From NCBI RefSeq assembly GCF_000195855.1, contig NC_002677.1, positions 1,080,001 to 1,112,000 of the forward strand: a DNA stretch of 32,000 bases, given 5' to 3'. This DNA is from Mycobacterium leprae TN (GTDB lineage: Bacteria > Actinomycetota > Actinomycetes > Mycobacteriales > Mycobacteriaceae). Both the position numbers and the translations under genes were made by a program. The notes under the pieces are model-generated. The model ran no database searches, was not told the origin of the DNA, and worked only from the letters and a program-made list of their open reading frames with translations. Positions 11,348 to 21,348 of this stretch are shown here, piece after piece (position 1 is the first letter of the stretch; each line of letters starts with the position of its first letter).

Positions 11348-12148
11348 ATGCCGCTTACACCAGCCGACGTCCACAACGTGGCGTTCAGTAAGCCGCCCAT
11401 CGGCAAGCGTGGTTATAACGAAGATGAGGTCGACGCTTTCCTCGACCTGGTTGAGAACGAGCTGACTCAGCTCATTGAAGAGAATTCCGACCTACGCCAG
11501 CGGATCGAGGAGCTGGATCATGAACTAGCTGCGGGTGGCGGTACTGGTGCTGGCCCCGTTATCGCCGTGCAGCCCACTCAGGCGCTCTCCACTTTCGAAC
11601 CCGAACTAGTGTCTGCCAAGCAGGCGCCAGTGGCAGCTGTTGCCGAGACGGCCGAAGAATTGGCGATGAAGGCTACTAGGGTGTTGAGCCTGGCGCAGGA
11701 TACCGCTGACCAGCTCACCAGTACGGCTAAGGTCGAATCGGACAAGATGTTGGCCGATGCGCGTGTCAATGCCGACCAAATTCTCGGCGAGGCTCGCCTC
11801 ACGGCGGAGGCTACCGTCGCCGAAGCCCAGCAACGCGCCGACGCGATGTTGGCCGACGCCCAAACTCGCTCTGAGGTCCAGTCACGTCAAGCCCAGGAGA
11901 AGGCCGACGCCCTGCAGGCCGAAGCCGAGCGTAAGCATTCTGAGATTATGGGAGCCATCAGCCAGCAGCGCACGGTGTTGGAAGGCCGACTCGAGCAGCT
12001 ACGTACCTTCGAACGCGAGTATCGGACCCGGCTCAAGACCTATCTGGAATCTCAGCTTGAGGAACTCGGTCAGCGTGGGTCGGCTGCACCGGTTGATTCC
12101 AATGCGGATGCTGGTGGATTCGACCAGTTCAATCGGGGTAATAACTAG
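11348..12148 (+). CDS. wag31: DivIVA-family polar growth/cell-shape protein Wag31
   Basis: ATG 11348 opens [39 protein letters not shown] (the DivIVA N-terminal domain), followed by coiled-coil Ala/Glu/Gln-rich sequence. Confidence 0.92.
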   Translation: MPLTPADVHNVAFSKPPIGKRGYNEDEVDAFLDLVENELTQLIEENSDLRQRIEELDHELAAGGGTGAGPVIAVQPTQALSTFEPELVSAKQAPVAAVAETAEELAMKATRVLSLAQDTADQLTSTAKVESDKMLADARVNADQILGEARLTAEATVAEAQQRADAMLADAQTRSEVQSRQAQEKADALQAEAERKHSEIMGAISQQRTVLEGRLEQLRTFEREYRTRLKTYLESQLEELGQRGSAAPVDSNADAGGFDQFNRGNN

Positions 12149-12220
12149 CTGAGAAGTGTGCCGGACTCCACGGTCGACACACTAGGTGGCAATTCTAACT
12201 TGTGGGCTGGAGGATCACCA

Positions 12221-12613
12221 ATGCTGATCATTGCACTGGTGTTGGCCCTCATTGGTCTCGTTGTTCTGGTGTTTGCGGTTGCCACCAGCAATTTGCTAAT
12301 GGCCTGGGTATGTATTGGTGCAAGTGTCCTGGGCGTGCTGCTGTTAATCGTTGATGCAGTCCGGGAACACCAGTGCATCGATGCGGCCAACAACGAGGAT
12401 AAGGAAGACACAGATCAGGACGATGGGGCCGTCTATGTCGACTACTTGGACGAAGTGCCAGCGGGGACCTCAACGGAGGCCCCAGATGCGGGCAGCCAGG
12501 AAGGCGATACCAACAGCGGTGAGTTGTCCGGGTATTGGGGTAGGCTTACCATAGACACGGGTGAGCAATCGGCGGTAGCCGCCGACGACCACGATAACGA
12601 CCGCGCCACGTAG
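12221..12613 (+). CDS. Small membrane protein with two TM helices and an acidic C-terminal tail
   Basis: GGAGGA lies 6 nt upstream of ATG 12221. Predicted helices are LIIALVLALIGLVVLVFAVA and LLMAWVCIGASVLGVLLLIV, followed by an Asp/Glu-rich tail. The ORF is intact and sits directly after wag31. Confidence 0.6.
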   Translation: MLIIALVLALIGLVVLVFAVATSNLLMAWVCIGASVLGVLLLIVDAVREHQCIDAANNEDKEDTDQDDGAVYVDYLDEVPAGTSTEAPDAGSQEGDTNSGELSGYWGRLTIDTGEQSAVAADDHDNDRAT

Positions 12614-12639
12614 GCGTTTTGGATGGAAATTAGCCGCCT

Positions 12640-13090
12640 CGGGCGTCGCATTGCTCAAGGCGACTAATTTCAGCGGCCCTGTGATGTGGCCTGTCGGTGG
12701 TGGGTGTGGTGAGGAGTTCGCGAACCTGATCGTCGAGTAGATCTGTCCAACCGCATCAAACGCGGATATCAATGGGTTGCGCACACCACATCGTAGGCTT
12801 CGTGCGATCTCACGGCCAGGCTGGCTGTTGGCCCGACCGGTATCGTGACAATTATTGATTTGGGGGGTCGAGCGGGTCTCGTGGCCCGTAAGTTACGGTA
12901 CGGGCGGCCGTCAGCATGCTGGCGCCGGTGGCTATGCCGTCATCGACGGGGGTCACGGTCCTGCCGTGTGGGTCGGCCGACGGTGCGCTTGCCCCTATAC
13001 ATCCGTTTGCATCGCATGAGTGCCACTGTCTCCTTGTCAATCACCGTGCGAGTCAGCATCGGACGGGGCATTGTTGGGGTGATTGAGGCC
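12640..13090 (-). pseudogene. Phosphoribosyltransferase-domain protein, frameshifted and 5'-truncated at the RLEP boundary
   Basis: Minus-strand frames give GRTVTPVDDGIATGASMLTAAR (a PRPP-binding loop), then IIVTIPVGPTASLAVRSHEAYDVVC, then NPLISAFDAVGQIYSTIRF. The roughly 100 N-terminal codons expected upstream are absent because the reading runs straight into RLEP at 13091. Boundaries are approximate. Confidence 0.45.
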
Positions 13091-14016
13091 TTGGGTGGTG
13101 GTGTTGTGGTGGGCTGGTGGGGTGTGGGTGGTTGATCTGCGCTAGAAGGTTGCCGTATGTGCCGCCGACGGCCGGATCATCGATGCACTGTTCACTAACA
13201 CGATACTGCTGCACCCGGCGGCATGCCTGCTTGCTGGCTGAGGGCCGGTCAACAAGCCGCCGACACCGATACCAGCGGCAGAAATGGTGCAAGGGATAAC
13301 ATCAGGTGCGAATAGTTATACCGTGCACGGGGACGTGCCTGTTCAGGTGCGGCCACATTGACCACGCCGACACCTCAAGGCCATGACATGCACACTAAAA
13401 CGCCCCTACCCCGCGGCGCTAACAACTATCCTCACACTCACGCCTGCATCGATATCGCCTTCAGCACAGCCCAGGTGCCCAGCCCCTGGCATCATCAACA
13501 TGTAGACCAAGCAGCATCCACCACCGACATGCTTACGTGCGCCGCGCTAATCGTGTCCACTGCGGCAAAGCACACGAAGCCTCATCGAAAGCAGGCAGTC
13601 AGCCACCCACCAACAAAAACCCCGCAACACAGCAAAACACGTCAACAGGATTCCGGGCTGCCCCCCACGACTACCGAACATATCGGCCAGTCATAAAACG
13701 CAAAAACAGCCATTTCACCCACCACCTATGAAACCAACCGAACAACTCACCGCCACAGACACAAGACAGCAACCTGCAGTTCAAGGGAAGCAGCGGTGGC
13801 CAAACCAGCTGAAACCGTGTCCAGCACCATTAAGTGTATATACGGTACACTCGCTTAGCGCGTTTCACACCGAGGATTCTGTTGACCATGTCGAAGGTGC
13901 TAAATCCTATGCACTCTATCTTTCGGATTCCGCAGAGACCACCCCCAAGAAGGAAGGAGTATTCATCTAGTCGGCATGGGCGCAGGAAGCCGAATGAAAT
14001 TCGGCATCAGCAGCGC
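13091..14016 (+). repeat. RLEP dispersed repeat, copy 1 (926 bp shared with copy 2)
   Basis: It contains caccgataccagcggcagaa (13264-13283) and the reverse complement of tgcatgtcatggccttgagg (13373-13392), spanning 129 bp. These match the RLEP diagnostic primer pair as I recall it. It is near-identical to 16810-17727 in reverse complement: every ORF-track translation falling wholly inside the shared segment is identical between copies, and those crossing its ends or the 8-bp indel differ only there. The boundaries are defined by where the two copies diverge. Confidence 0.93.
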
Positions 14017-14375
14017 CGCCAACCGGTGTCCCTTCGGCGTCAGTGATCCCGGCCTGTGCTCCAGCAAAGCTGAAAGCCGTGTCGGGGTATTCGGGGCGTG
14101 AGGCCGAGTTAATCGACCGATCCAATGACCGGTCTCGATTAGCCTGGTGGCCGCAGACGTCTTCTCCGGGCGGGGCCCCGACGAACCACTGCGCCTCCGC
14201 GGCAAACCAGATACGATCTTACAGTTCATGGCCCCGCAATAAAACCCGCGTGCAACCGGCCTCTGTTTGTGGGCGCATAGTCAAGTAACCTCGGCACAAT
14301 GCGGGGGTGGCTTACCGATAAATACCAGCTCCATAGCCTCAGGCCGCGGATCAGGAAAATACTAAGGAGCATTTT

Positions 14376-15812
14376 GTGACGGAAAAGACGTCCGACGACG
14401 TATTAAAACTCGCCAAGGACGAGAACATCGAATTTGTCGACGTTCAGTTCTGTGACCTGCCCGGCATAATGCAGCATTTCACTATTCCGGCTTCGGCCTT
14501 CGATAAGAGCGTGTTCGAGGACGGGCTGGCCTTTGACGGCTCGTCGATTCGCGGGTTCCAGTCGATCCACGAGTCCGACATGCTGCTGTTTCCCGACCCG
14601 GACACCGCACGCATCGATCCGTTCCGTGCGGCCAAGACGCTGAATGTCAACTTCTTCGTCCATGACCCGTTCACCCTCGAGCCATACTCCCGCGACCCGC
14701 GCAACATCGCTCGCAAGGCTGAAAACTACTTGATCAGCACTGGTATCGCTGACACCGTGTACTTCGGTGCCGAGGCCGAATTTTACATCTTCGACTCGGT
14801 GAGTTTCGACTCACGCTCGAACGGTTCGTTTTACCAAGTCGATGCCATTTCGGGGTGGTGGAACACCGGCGCGGCGACCGAGTCCGATGGCAGCCCCAAC
14901 CGTGGCTACAAGGTTCGCCACAAGGGTGGGTACTTTCCAGTGGCTCCCAACGACCAGTACGTCGACTTGCGCGACAAGATGCTTACCAACCTGACTAACG
15001 CTGGCTTCGTTTTGGAGAAGGGCCACCACGAGGTGGGCACCGGTGGGCAGGGTGAGATCAACTACCAGTTCAACACGCTGCTGCATGCGGCCGATGACAT
15101 GCAACTGTACAAATACATTGTCAAAAACACCGCGTGGCAGAACGGCAAGACAGTCACCTTCATGCCCAAGCCGCTGTTCGGTGACAACGGCTCCGGTATG
15201 CATACTCACCAATCGTTGTGGAAAGGCGGCACCCCGCTGATGTACGACGAGATCGGCTATGCCGGTTTGTCAGACACCGCACGGCATTACATCGGAGGCC
15301 TGCTGCACCATGCACCGTCGTTGCTGGCGTTCACCAACCCGACCGTAAACTCCTACAAGCGTTTGGTTCCCGGCTATGAGGCCCCGATTAAACTAGTTTA
15401 CAGCCAGCGCAACCGGTCCGCATGTGTGCGTATCCCTATCACCGGCAAAAACCCGAAGGCCAAGCGACTGGAGTTCCGCTGCCCCGATGCATCGGGCAAC
15501 CCCTACCTGGCGTTTTCCGCCATGTTGATGGCGGGCCTGGACGGCATCAAGAACAAGATCGAGCCTCAAGCCCCGGTTGACAAAGACCTCTACGAACTGC
15601 CTCCGGAGGAGGCCGCAGACATTCCGCAAGCGCCCACCCAGCTGGCTGCGGTGATCGACCGTCTCGAGGAAGACCACGACTACCTCACTGAGGGAAGCGT
15701 GTTCACACCCGACTTGATCGAGACGTGGATCAACTTCAAACGCGAGAACGAAATCGAACCGGTCAACATTCGACCGCATCCGTACGAGTTTGCGCTGTAC
15801 TACGATGTCTAA
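14376..15812 (+). CDS. glnA1: Glutamine synthetase type I (GlnA1)
   Basis: 478-aa intact ORF. AAGGAG at 14364-14369 precedes GTG 14376. It shows GS-I motifs ([45 protein letters not shown]) and the adenylylation-loop context [10 protein letters not shown]. Confidence 0.97.
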   Translation: MTEKTSDDVLKLAKDENIEFVDVQFCDLPGIMQHFTIPASAFDKSVFEDGLAFDGSSIRGFQSIHESDMLLFPDPDTARIDPFRAAKTLNVNFFVHDPFTLEPYSRDPRNIARKAENYLISTGIADTVYFGAEAEFYIFDSVSFDSRSNGSFYQVDAISGWWNTGAATESDGSPNRGYKVRHKGGYFPVAPNDQYVDLRDKMLTNLTNAGFVLEKGHHEVGTGGQGEINYQFNTLLHAADDMQLYKYIVKNTAWQNGKTVTFMPKPLFGDNGSGMHTHQSLWKGGTPLMYDEIGYAGLSDTARHYIGGLLHHAPSLLAFTNPTVNSYKRLVPGYEAPIKLVYSQRNRSACVRIPITGKNPKAKRLEFRCPDASGNPYLAFSAMLMAGLDGIKNKIEPQAPVDKDLYELPPEEAADIPQAPTQLAAVIDRLEEDHDYLTEGSVFTPDLIETWINFKRENEIEPVNIRPHPYEFALYYDV

Positions 15813-15818
15813 GGGGAA

Positions 15819-15859
15819 CGCGGGAACCCGCTTGGTGATCAACCAAGCGGGTTCCCGCG
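15819..15859 (+). terminator. Perfect 18-bp-stem hairpin 7 nt after the glnA1 stop (potentially a bidirectional terminator)
   Basis: cgcgggaacccgcttggt (15819-15836) pairs perfectly with accaagcgggttcccgcg (15842-15859) across a 5-nt loop. It is followed by attt, which is only a weak U-tract. Confidence 0.6.
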
Positions 15860-16063
15860 ATTTAGGTTCGGGGCTAATGTCCGATTAATCTACCCACGAC
15901 ATCTTGACCTGCCGTCCCTCGGCCATCTCGACAACCTCTAGCCAAGCTCCCGGAGAGAGTCGAACACGCCGTTAGTTTCGGGCCTCGCCGTTGCTAAAAC
16001 CACCGTAAACGTCATGCGTGAAGTATGGCTCCATAGAACACCGAAGCTGATGACAGTAAGTAG

Positions 16064-16832
16064 CTAGCTGTCCAATGTCAGGTCCTTGCTCTTGTTGACC
16101 AATGTGGTGGCTGACTCGACATAGAACATCCGCAGCATGGTAAGAATACCGGTGATGTCGGCGTCCTCGGCGCACCAATAAGAGGTAATGCTGCCTGCGT
16201 CAGTAAGTCCCGTCAGGACGGTGAAATCATCTAGAGAAACACCTTTTCCAATTCGTAATTCCTGCAGCCGATCGGCTGCCGCGATAGCGCTATCGGTCCT
16301 TATGCGGTCACCCAGATAGCCGTTGTGGCGCGCAACACTGCGCAATGCGGTCTCGCCGAACCCGCGATACAGAATCGGTATCGGCCGGTGAGGTTGACTG
16401 TATCTCCAAACGCAGTGTCCGGTAGGACTCACTATCGACTTGCGTCCAACGCGGTTGCCACAGCGTCTGCATCAAGTCAAGGAATTCATCGTTACGTTTG
16501 CCGCGGGCAGCGAACAGCTCCCCTCATAAAGGCGAATCCCTCTTTATTATCAACCGACTCCGATTCCGAACTCCACTCGCCCGGACACCAGGTACCAATG
16601 GCTTCGGTGGCTGAATAAGGACTGCGCACAGCGGGAATGTAACCGGTGCTGACAAACCGCTGCCGGGTGGCGACTTAGGTGTAGAGATACGCGGTGGGGT
16701 GTTTAGGGTTTCCAAGTTGACTACGTGGTAAGGGATCCCGATGCCGTCGTCATAATCGAGGTCGTCGGCTGCCTTGGCGATCTCGATGATTTCCCGGGTG
16801 TTTAGGAACGCGCTGCTGATGCCGAATTTCAT
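16064..16832 (-). pseudogene. Luciferase-like monooxygenase (LLM)/F420-dependent oxidoreductase family pseudogene
   Basis: Minus-strand fragments in three frames: MKFGISSAFLNTREIIEIAKAADDLDYDD (a typical LLM N-terminus), NDEFLDLMQTLWQP, HRPIPILYRGFGETALRSVARHNGYLG, and AAADRLQELRIGKGVSLDDFTVL. Stops and frameshifts lie between them. The ATG and first 7 codons lie inside the RLEP-shared sequence. Confidence 0.5.
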
Positions 16833-17727
16833 TCGGCTTCCTGCGCCCATGCCGACTAGATGAATACTCCTTCCTTCTTGGGGGTGGTCTCTGCGGAATC
16901 CGAAAGATAGAGTGCATAGGATTTAGCACCTTCGACATGGTCAACAGAATCCTCGGTGTGAAACGCGCTAAGCGAGTGTACCGTATATACACTTAATGGT
17001 GCTGGACACGGTTTCAGCTGGTTTGGCCACCGCTGCTTCCCTTGAACTGCAGGTTGCTGTCTTGTGTCTGTGGCGGTGAGTTGTTCGGTTGGTTTCATAG
17101 GTGGTGGGTGAAATGGCTGTTTTTGCGTTTTATGACTGGCCGATATGTTCGGTAGTCGTGGGGGGCAGCCCGGAATCCTGTTGACGTGTTTTGCTGTGTT
17201 GCGGGGTTTTTGTTGGTGGGTGGCTGACTGCCTGCTTTCGATGAGGCTTCGTGTGCTTTGCCGCAGTGGACACGATTAGCGCGGCGCACGTAAGCATGTC
17301 GGTGGTGGATGCTGCTTGGTCTACATGTTGATGATGCCAGGGGCTGGGCACCTGGGCTGTGCTGAAGGCGATATCGATGCAGGCGTGAGTGTGAGGATAG
17401 TTGTTAGCGCCGCGGGGTAGGGGCGTTTTAGTGTGCATGTCATGGCCTTGAGGTGTCGGCGTGGTCAATGTGGCCGCACCTGAACAGGCACGTCCCCGTG
17501 CACGGTATAACTATTCGCACCTGATGTTATCCCTTGCACCATTTCTGCCGCTGGTATCGGTGTCGGCGGCTTGTTGACCGGCCCTCAGCCAGCAAGCAGG
17601 CATGCCGCCGGGTGCAGCAGTATCGTGTTAGTGAACAGTGCATCGATGATCCGGCCGTCGGCGGCACATACGGCAACCTTCTAGCGCAGATCAACCACCC
17701 ACACCCCACCACAACACCACCACCCAA
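16810..17727 (-). repeat. RLEP dispersed repeat, copy 2 (inverted relative to copy 1; 918 bp)
   Basis: It is the reverse complement of 13091-14016, apart from one 8-bp unit missing in the GT-rich head. Both diagnostic primer words are present (tgcatgtcatggccttgagg at 17434-17453). Confidence 0.93.
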
Positions 17728-18123
17728 ACCAAAGTTGTTCGATCCGAGACTAATCTAGCTAATAGGAAAAAAATTTCAGTGTTCGAGTTGCTCTCAATAG
17801 CATCTTGATGCCGTCCATGATGCTGTTCCCAGCGGCCGAGCCCTAACGTGGTTGCGGTTTCGAGAATCAGTACGGGCCGAAACGATCTCCGGTGCGGATC
17901 GCCATCCTAGATGGTGACGTCGTTGTGTATTGACCGCGCCAACAACAATGCAGGCCAGTGGGATCAAGCGAATTGATACGTCCTGCAGTTTCGGTTAGCA
18001 GACCTGAGAAGATGGTGTTGTTGCGAATTCAGATCTATTTAATTGCCCGATTTTGGGTTCACATGATCTTTTGTCCCGATGTGAAGGATGGGATAATTGG
18101 CTAAGACTGGGAGAAAGACGAGT

Positions 18124-18337
18124 CATGAGACTGCTACTTGTGCTGCTCGGCGCTACCGGCCATGATCGGTCTAGCCGTTCCCACCTATGCCGACTCAGAT
18201 TGTGGCGAATCGATCCTGAAAATAATCCAAGACTTCGAGACCCACAATCCCTAAATCACCATGGATTACGCAGCAAAGTTAGTCGCCCTTGCGACGAAAT
18301 ACTACTGCTCCCAACAATTCTCTACGGCATAGCGTGA
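18124..18337 (+). pseudogene. Small secreted DUF732-like protein pseudogene
   Basis: A signal-like MRLLLVLLGAT is followed, in a shifted frame, by MIGLAVPTYADSD and IIQDFETHNP*ITMDYAAKLVALATKYYCSQQF, which resembles the C-terminal A..YCP region of DUF732 proteins. There is a frameshift, an in-frame stop and an apparent internal deletion. The identification relies on my memory of the family. Confidence 0.4.
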
Positions 18338-18548
18338 TTCCGCAACGCTGGAGGATGGGTAACTCATCGCTGGGTCAATCTTTGTTTTTGACCTAGCAGT
18401 TTAGCCGCTAGCAACGGTTCGGCCGTAATTTAACCAATTTGGCAAGTAGACCTGCCGTTCACCTGTGTTTGGTTGGTTGCCGACGGCAAGATCGTTGCGA
18501 GGGTGGTGGTGGGTGCTCATCCCCGTGATTTGGAAAGGGTGCGGTGTC

Positions 18549-19216
18549 ATGCGACACGTTGGGCATCGTTGATTTCGCGCTCCGGACTGACTGTCGAGGT
18601 GGGTTGCGGCGCCTTTATCGGCTTTGAGTGGCAATTGCGGGTGCGCATGGCCGGGGACCCTGAGCACTAACGTATTGGTGGCCGCCGGTGACCAACCTTG
18701 TTGGTGCGCTATGCAGCCGCCACTGAGGATAGCAGCTCCACCAGAGGCGCGTTTTAATGTGTTGGCTGAAGTCGGTTTTTGTGGCGGAGTAGGTGTGCTG
18801 GTCGCTTCCGGGGAACTGCTATTCATTGTGATCGTCACTGTTACCATCTCTTTACTGGGTCGCCTACTTGGCCGGCTGATCGACCGCGACAACGTCATCG
18901 AAGAGGATGAAGGTCTGCGGGCCATATCAAGTACAGATGATCTGTAGTTGTAAATCTGGAAAATTATACGTTCGCCCACACCGTGCAACCCACTAGCAGT
19001 AACGACATCACCCTGCGTGGTATCCAAACCGGGAAGGCCAACGGTGACAACATCAGTTTGACGGTGCACTTGCTTGTGGACGGGGTGGTACGCCGGCAAA
19101 ATTGGAGCGATTGGTTGCGGAATTTTCGCTGCACTCCAGCTATATACGCCGTTCACCGGTACGTCGGCAATCAAGCGCAGGTAGACCGAGGCCTGGACAA
19201 GTCGGGCGTCAGCTAG
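18549..19216 (+). pseudogene. mgtC: MgtC/SapB-family protein pseudogene
   Basis: Fragments in order across three + frames: TLGIVDFALR, GCGAFIGFEWQLRVRMAG (the MgtC N-terminal signature), LSTNVLVAAG, LLGRLLGRLIDRDNVIEEDEGL, PYQVQMIC, and DITLRGIQTGKANGDNISLTVHLL. There are multiple stops and frameshifts. Confidence 0.65.
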
Positions 19217-19259
19217 GGGGTGGTCTTGCAGGTTCGGTGCGGTCGTTGCTAGCAAGGCG

Positions 19260-20225
19260 GAGTGATGGCCGGTCGGTGGTGGATAGGTCCTACGGGTATT
19301 GAGATGGTGCGCTTGTTAGACTTGGCCTGCTTGCCATCGGTGACCACCACCCGGTCTCACTCTGCGAGTTACGCCTCGTCAGCCGACTCCCGTCCTGGTC
19401 GCAGTGCCGTTACTCGTCAAGGTTTGCTCGATCACCAGCTGTGCCAACGCGCCCATCGGAGCCAACCAAGCGATTGTGATAAATCAGCACCACTCGCGTT
19501 GCAATACCTTCCAGGGCAAACAGCGTCCGAATCCTGCTTGTCAGTTCGCAGGCTGCTTCCATCCCGGTTAGCCCAGCACCGATCACGATAACCGTGGCTG
19601 GGGCTGGGGCTAGCTGCAGCATCTTGGTAGCGTTCTGGGTTAGGGTGTGCAAGTGGTACTCCAATTCGAGGGCGTCGTCGTAGTTGTCGACGTCAAAACT
19701 GCACTCGCGCAGACCACTGAATGGTGGGTTTGAGCAACTGGTTGTCCGCGGCCAGCACGAGTCGGCTGTGGCTATAGGTCTTACGCTTGACGTGATGACT
19801 GTGTTGGCATTGGTGTCGATCTTGATGACTTCTGCGGTGACATGCCAAACTCCGGCCGGGCTGATGTACATCAGCTAGCGTAATGCGGCAGCCGCTCAAA
19901 TCGGCCTTGTAGTTGCGAACCTAAGTATCATGAAAAGGCTTGGTAATCAACACTGTGATGTCGACTGTGCCCGCTGAAACTCAGCGCTCGTCGAGTCGCC
20001 GGGCGGCATCGAGCGCCGTCTACAGCCTCGCGAACCTGGAGCCGATACCAACCACATCGGTAGCTGGCTCGACATCCCCCAACCTTTCTGCTATTGCCTG
20101 CCGCTTCCAGCATCAATCCCACCGCGACATCCAGTAATGCAGCCCTGTGGTTTGTCGGCCTCCATTGATCAGACGTACAATGCAACCGACAAAGGTGCAT
20201 GTGCCGGCCAAGCCGATATCCTAAT
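19260..20225 (-). pseudogene. FAD-dependent pyridine nucleotide-disulfide oxidoreductase (NDH-2-like) pseudogene
   Basis: Minus-strand TVIVIGAGLTGMEAACEL (the second GxGxxG fold), DALELEYHL and WHVTAEVIKIDTNANTVI. An N-terminal remnant, DIGLAGTCTFVGCIVRLINGG, lies near 20170-20225. Frames are broken and the 3' limit is approximate. Confidence 0.5.
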
Positions 20226-20269
20226 CACTAGGGCCTTACTTGTTGTGGGGTGAGGTCGTAGTCTGTTTG

Positions 20270-21244
20270 ATGTGGGGGTGTTGGCTGATTTCTGGTCCGG
20301 TTTGCCTCAGCAGATGCGGGATCCGGTGCTGTTTGCCATTTCGTTTTTTATTGCTTTTACTTCTTGAGTGGACAGCGGCCCATAAGCTGGAATGGGTCGA
20401 AGCTGCCGTTCCTGAAAAGTTCTACACGCCGTGATCACCTGCCGGTGCGTATAACACCTCGATTCGGTGGCAAGTATCTCGATGGGGTTGGTCTCGATCG
20501 CCACTACCGCTGGCTGGAAAGCCCTGGCCTTGCTCGGTTATGCGGCGATGCATGCGTACCTGGCGCCTTGGTGTCTTCCGGTATCCCAATGGCACACTTG
20601 AGTTATCGCCGATCCTCGGCATCGACCTGCTATACTACGCATACTAGCGCATCGCCTGTCGGGTTCTGCTGATCTGGGCGACGCATCAAGCCCACTACTC
20701 GAGCGAATACTTCAACTTCGCCACCGCATTGCGTCAGAAGTGGAACAACAGCGGCGAGGTCTTGGTGTGGATTCCGTTGCCGCTGTTGGAGCTTCCCCTT
20801 GGGGGGAATTCAGCTGGTAACTTGAACTTGATCAACCAGTTGTGGGTACATGCCGAGTGGATCGACAGACTACCGCGGGTCTTTCAATTCATCTTCAACG
20901 CACCGTCGCACCATCGGGTACACCATGGGATGGACAGGATTTACCTCGACAAGAACTGCGGTAGCATTTTTATCATCTGGGACCGGCTGTTCGGTAGTTT
21001 TCAACCGAGACGGTTCCACCCGCAATACGGCCTAGTCAAACAAGTCGACACATTCAACGTGTGGACCTTGCAGCCCTGCGAGTACGTGGCGATTGCCAGT
21101 GACTGGCGATCGGCGATGCGCTTGCGAGATCGGTTGGGCTGCGTCTTAGGGCCGCCAGGATGGGCGCCGTGCAGTGCTGCGCAGGCCGAACTCCGCCCCG
21201 CTGGCTATGTCTCCGTTAGCGTTACTTCCAGTCAGAGGTGGTGA
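20270..21244 (+). pseudogene. Fatty-acid hydroxylase/sterol desaturase (ERG3-like) family pseudogene
   Basis: MRDPVLFAI... N-terminal remnant; a degenerate His box LIWATHQAHYSSEYFNFATALRQKWNN; then NAPSHHRVHHG and NCGSIFIIWDRLFGSF (the family motif NYG..WDrlFGT). At least two frameshifts or stops lie upstream of 20729. Confidence 0.6.
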
Positions 21245-21348
21245 CTAAACAGGGTGGCCGATGTGAAACGCGCTTTTTAAGGAAAGATTGCGATGTAACT
21301 TGCAACTTGCGGTCGGCAGTCGCGTCGGCCCCGACGGATCTGGAATCC

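Noticed and set aside
13321-13330. 10-bp palindrome ccgtgcacgg inside RLEP
   Set aside because: It is too short to distinguish from chance in GC-rich DNA, and no flanking structure supports it.
13358-13696. 112-aa ORF (and the 60-80-aa ORFs) inside RLEP, duplicated in copy 2
   Set aside because: The products are Pro/Thr/His/Gln-rich translations of CA-skewed sequence. They have no start context or motifs. Their identity between copies only reflects DNA identity. They are treated as non-coding repeat sequence.
18401-19255. 284-aa ORF, the longest open frame in the decayed region (minus strand)
   Set aside because: The + strand of the same interval carries ordered MgtC fragments (GCGAFIGFEWQLRVRMAG, DITLRGIQTG...). 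The minus-strand product is low-complexity Ser/Pro/Thr/His-rich and matches nothing I recognise. I briefly read it as an NDH C-terminus or an L,D-transpeptidase and dropped both ideas.
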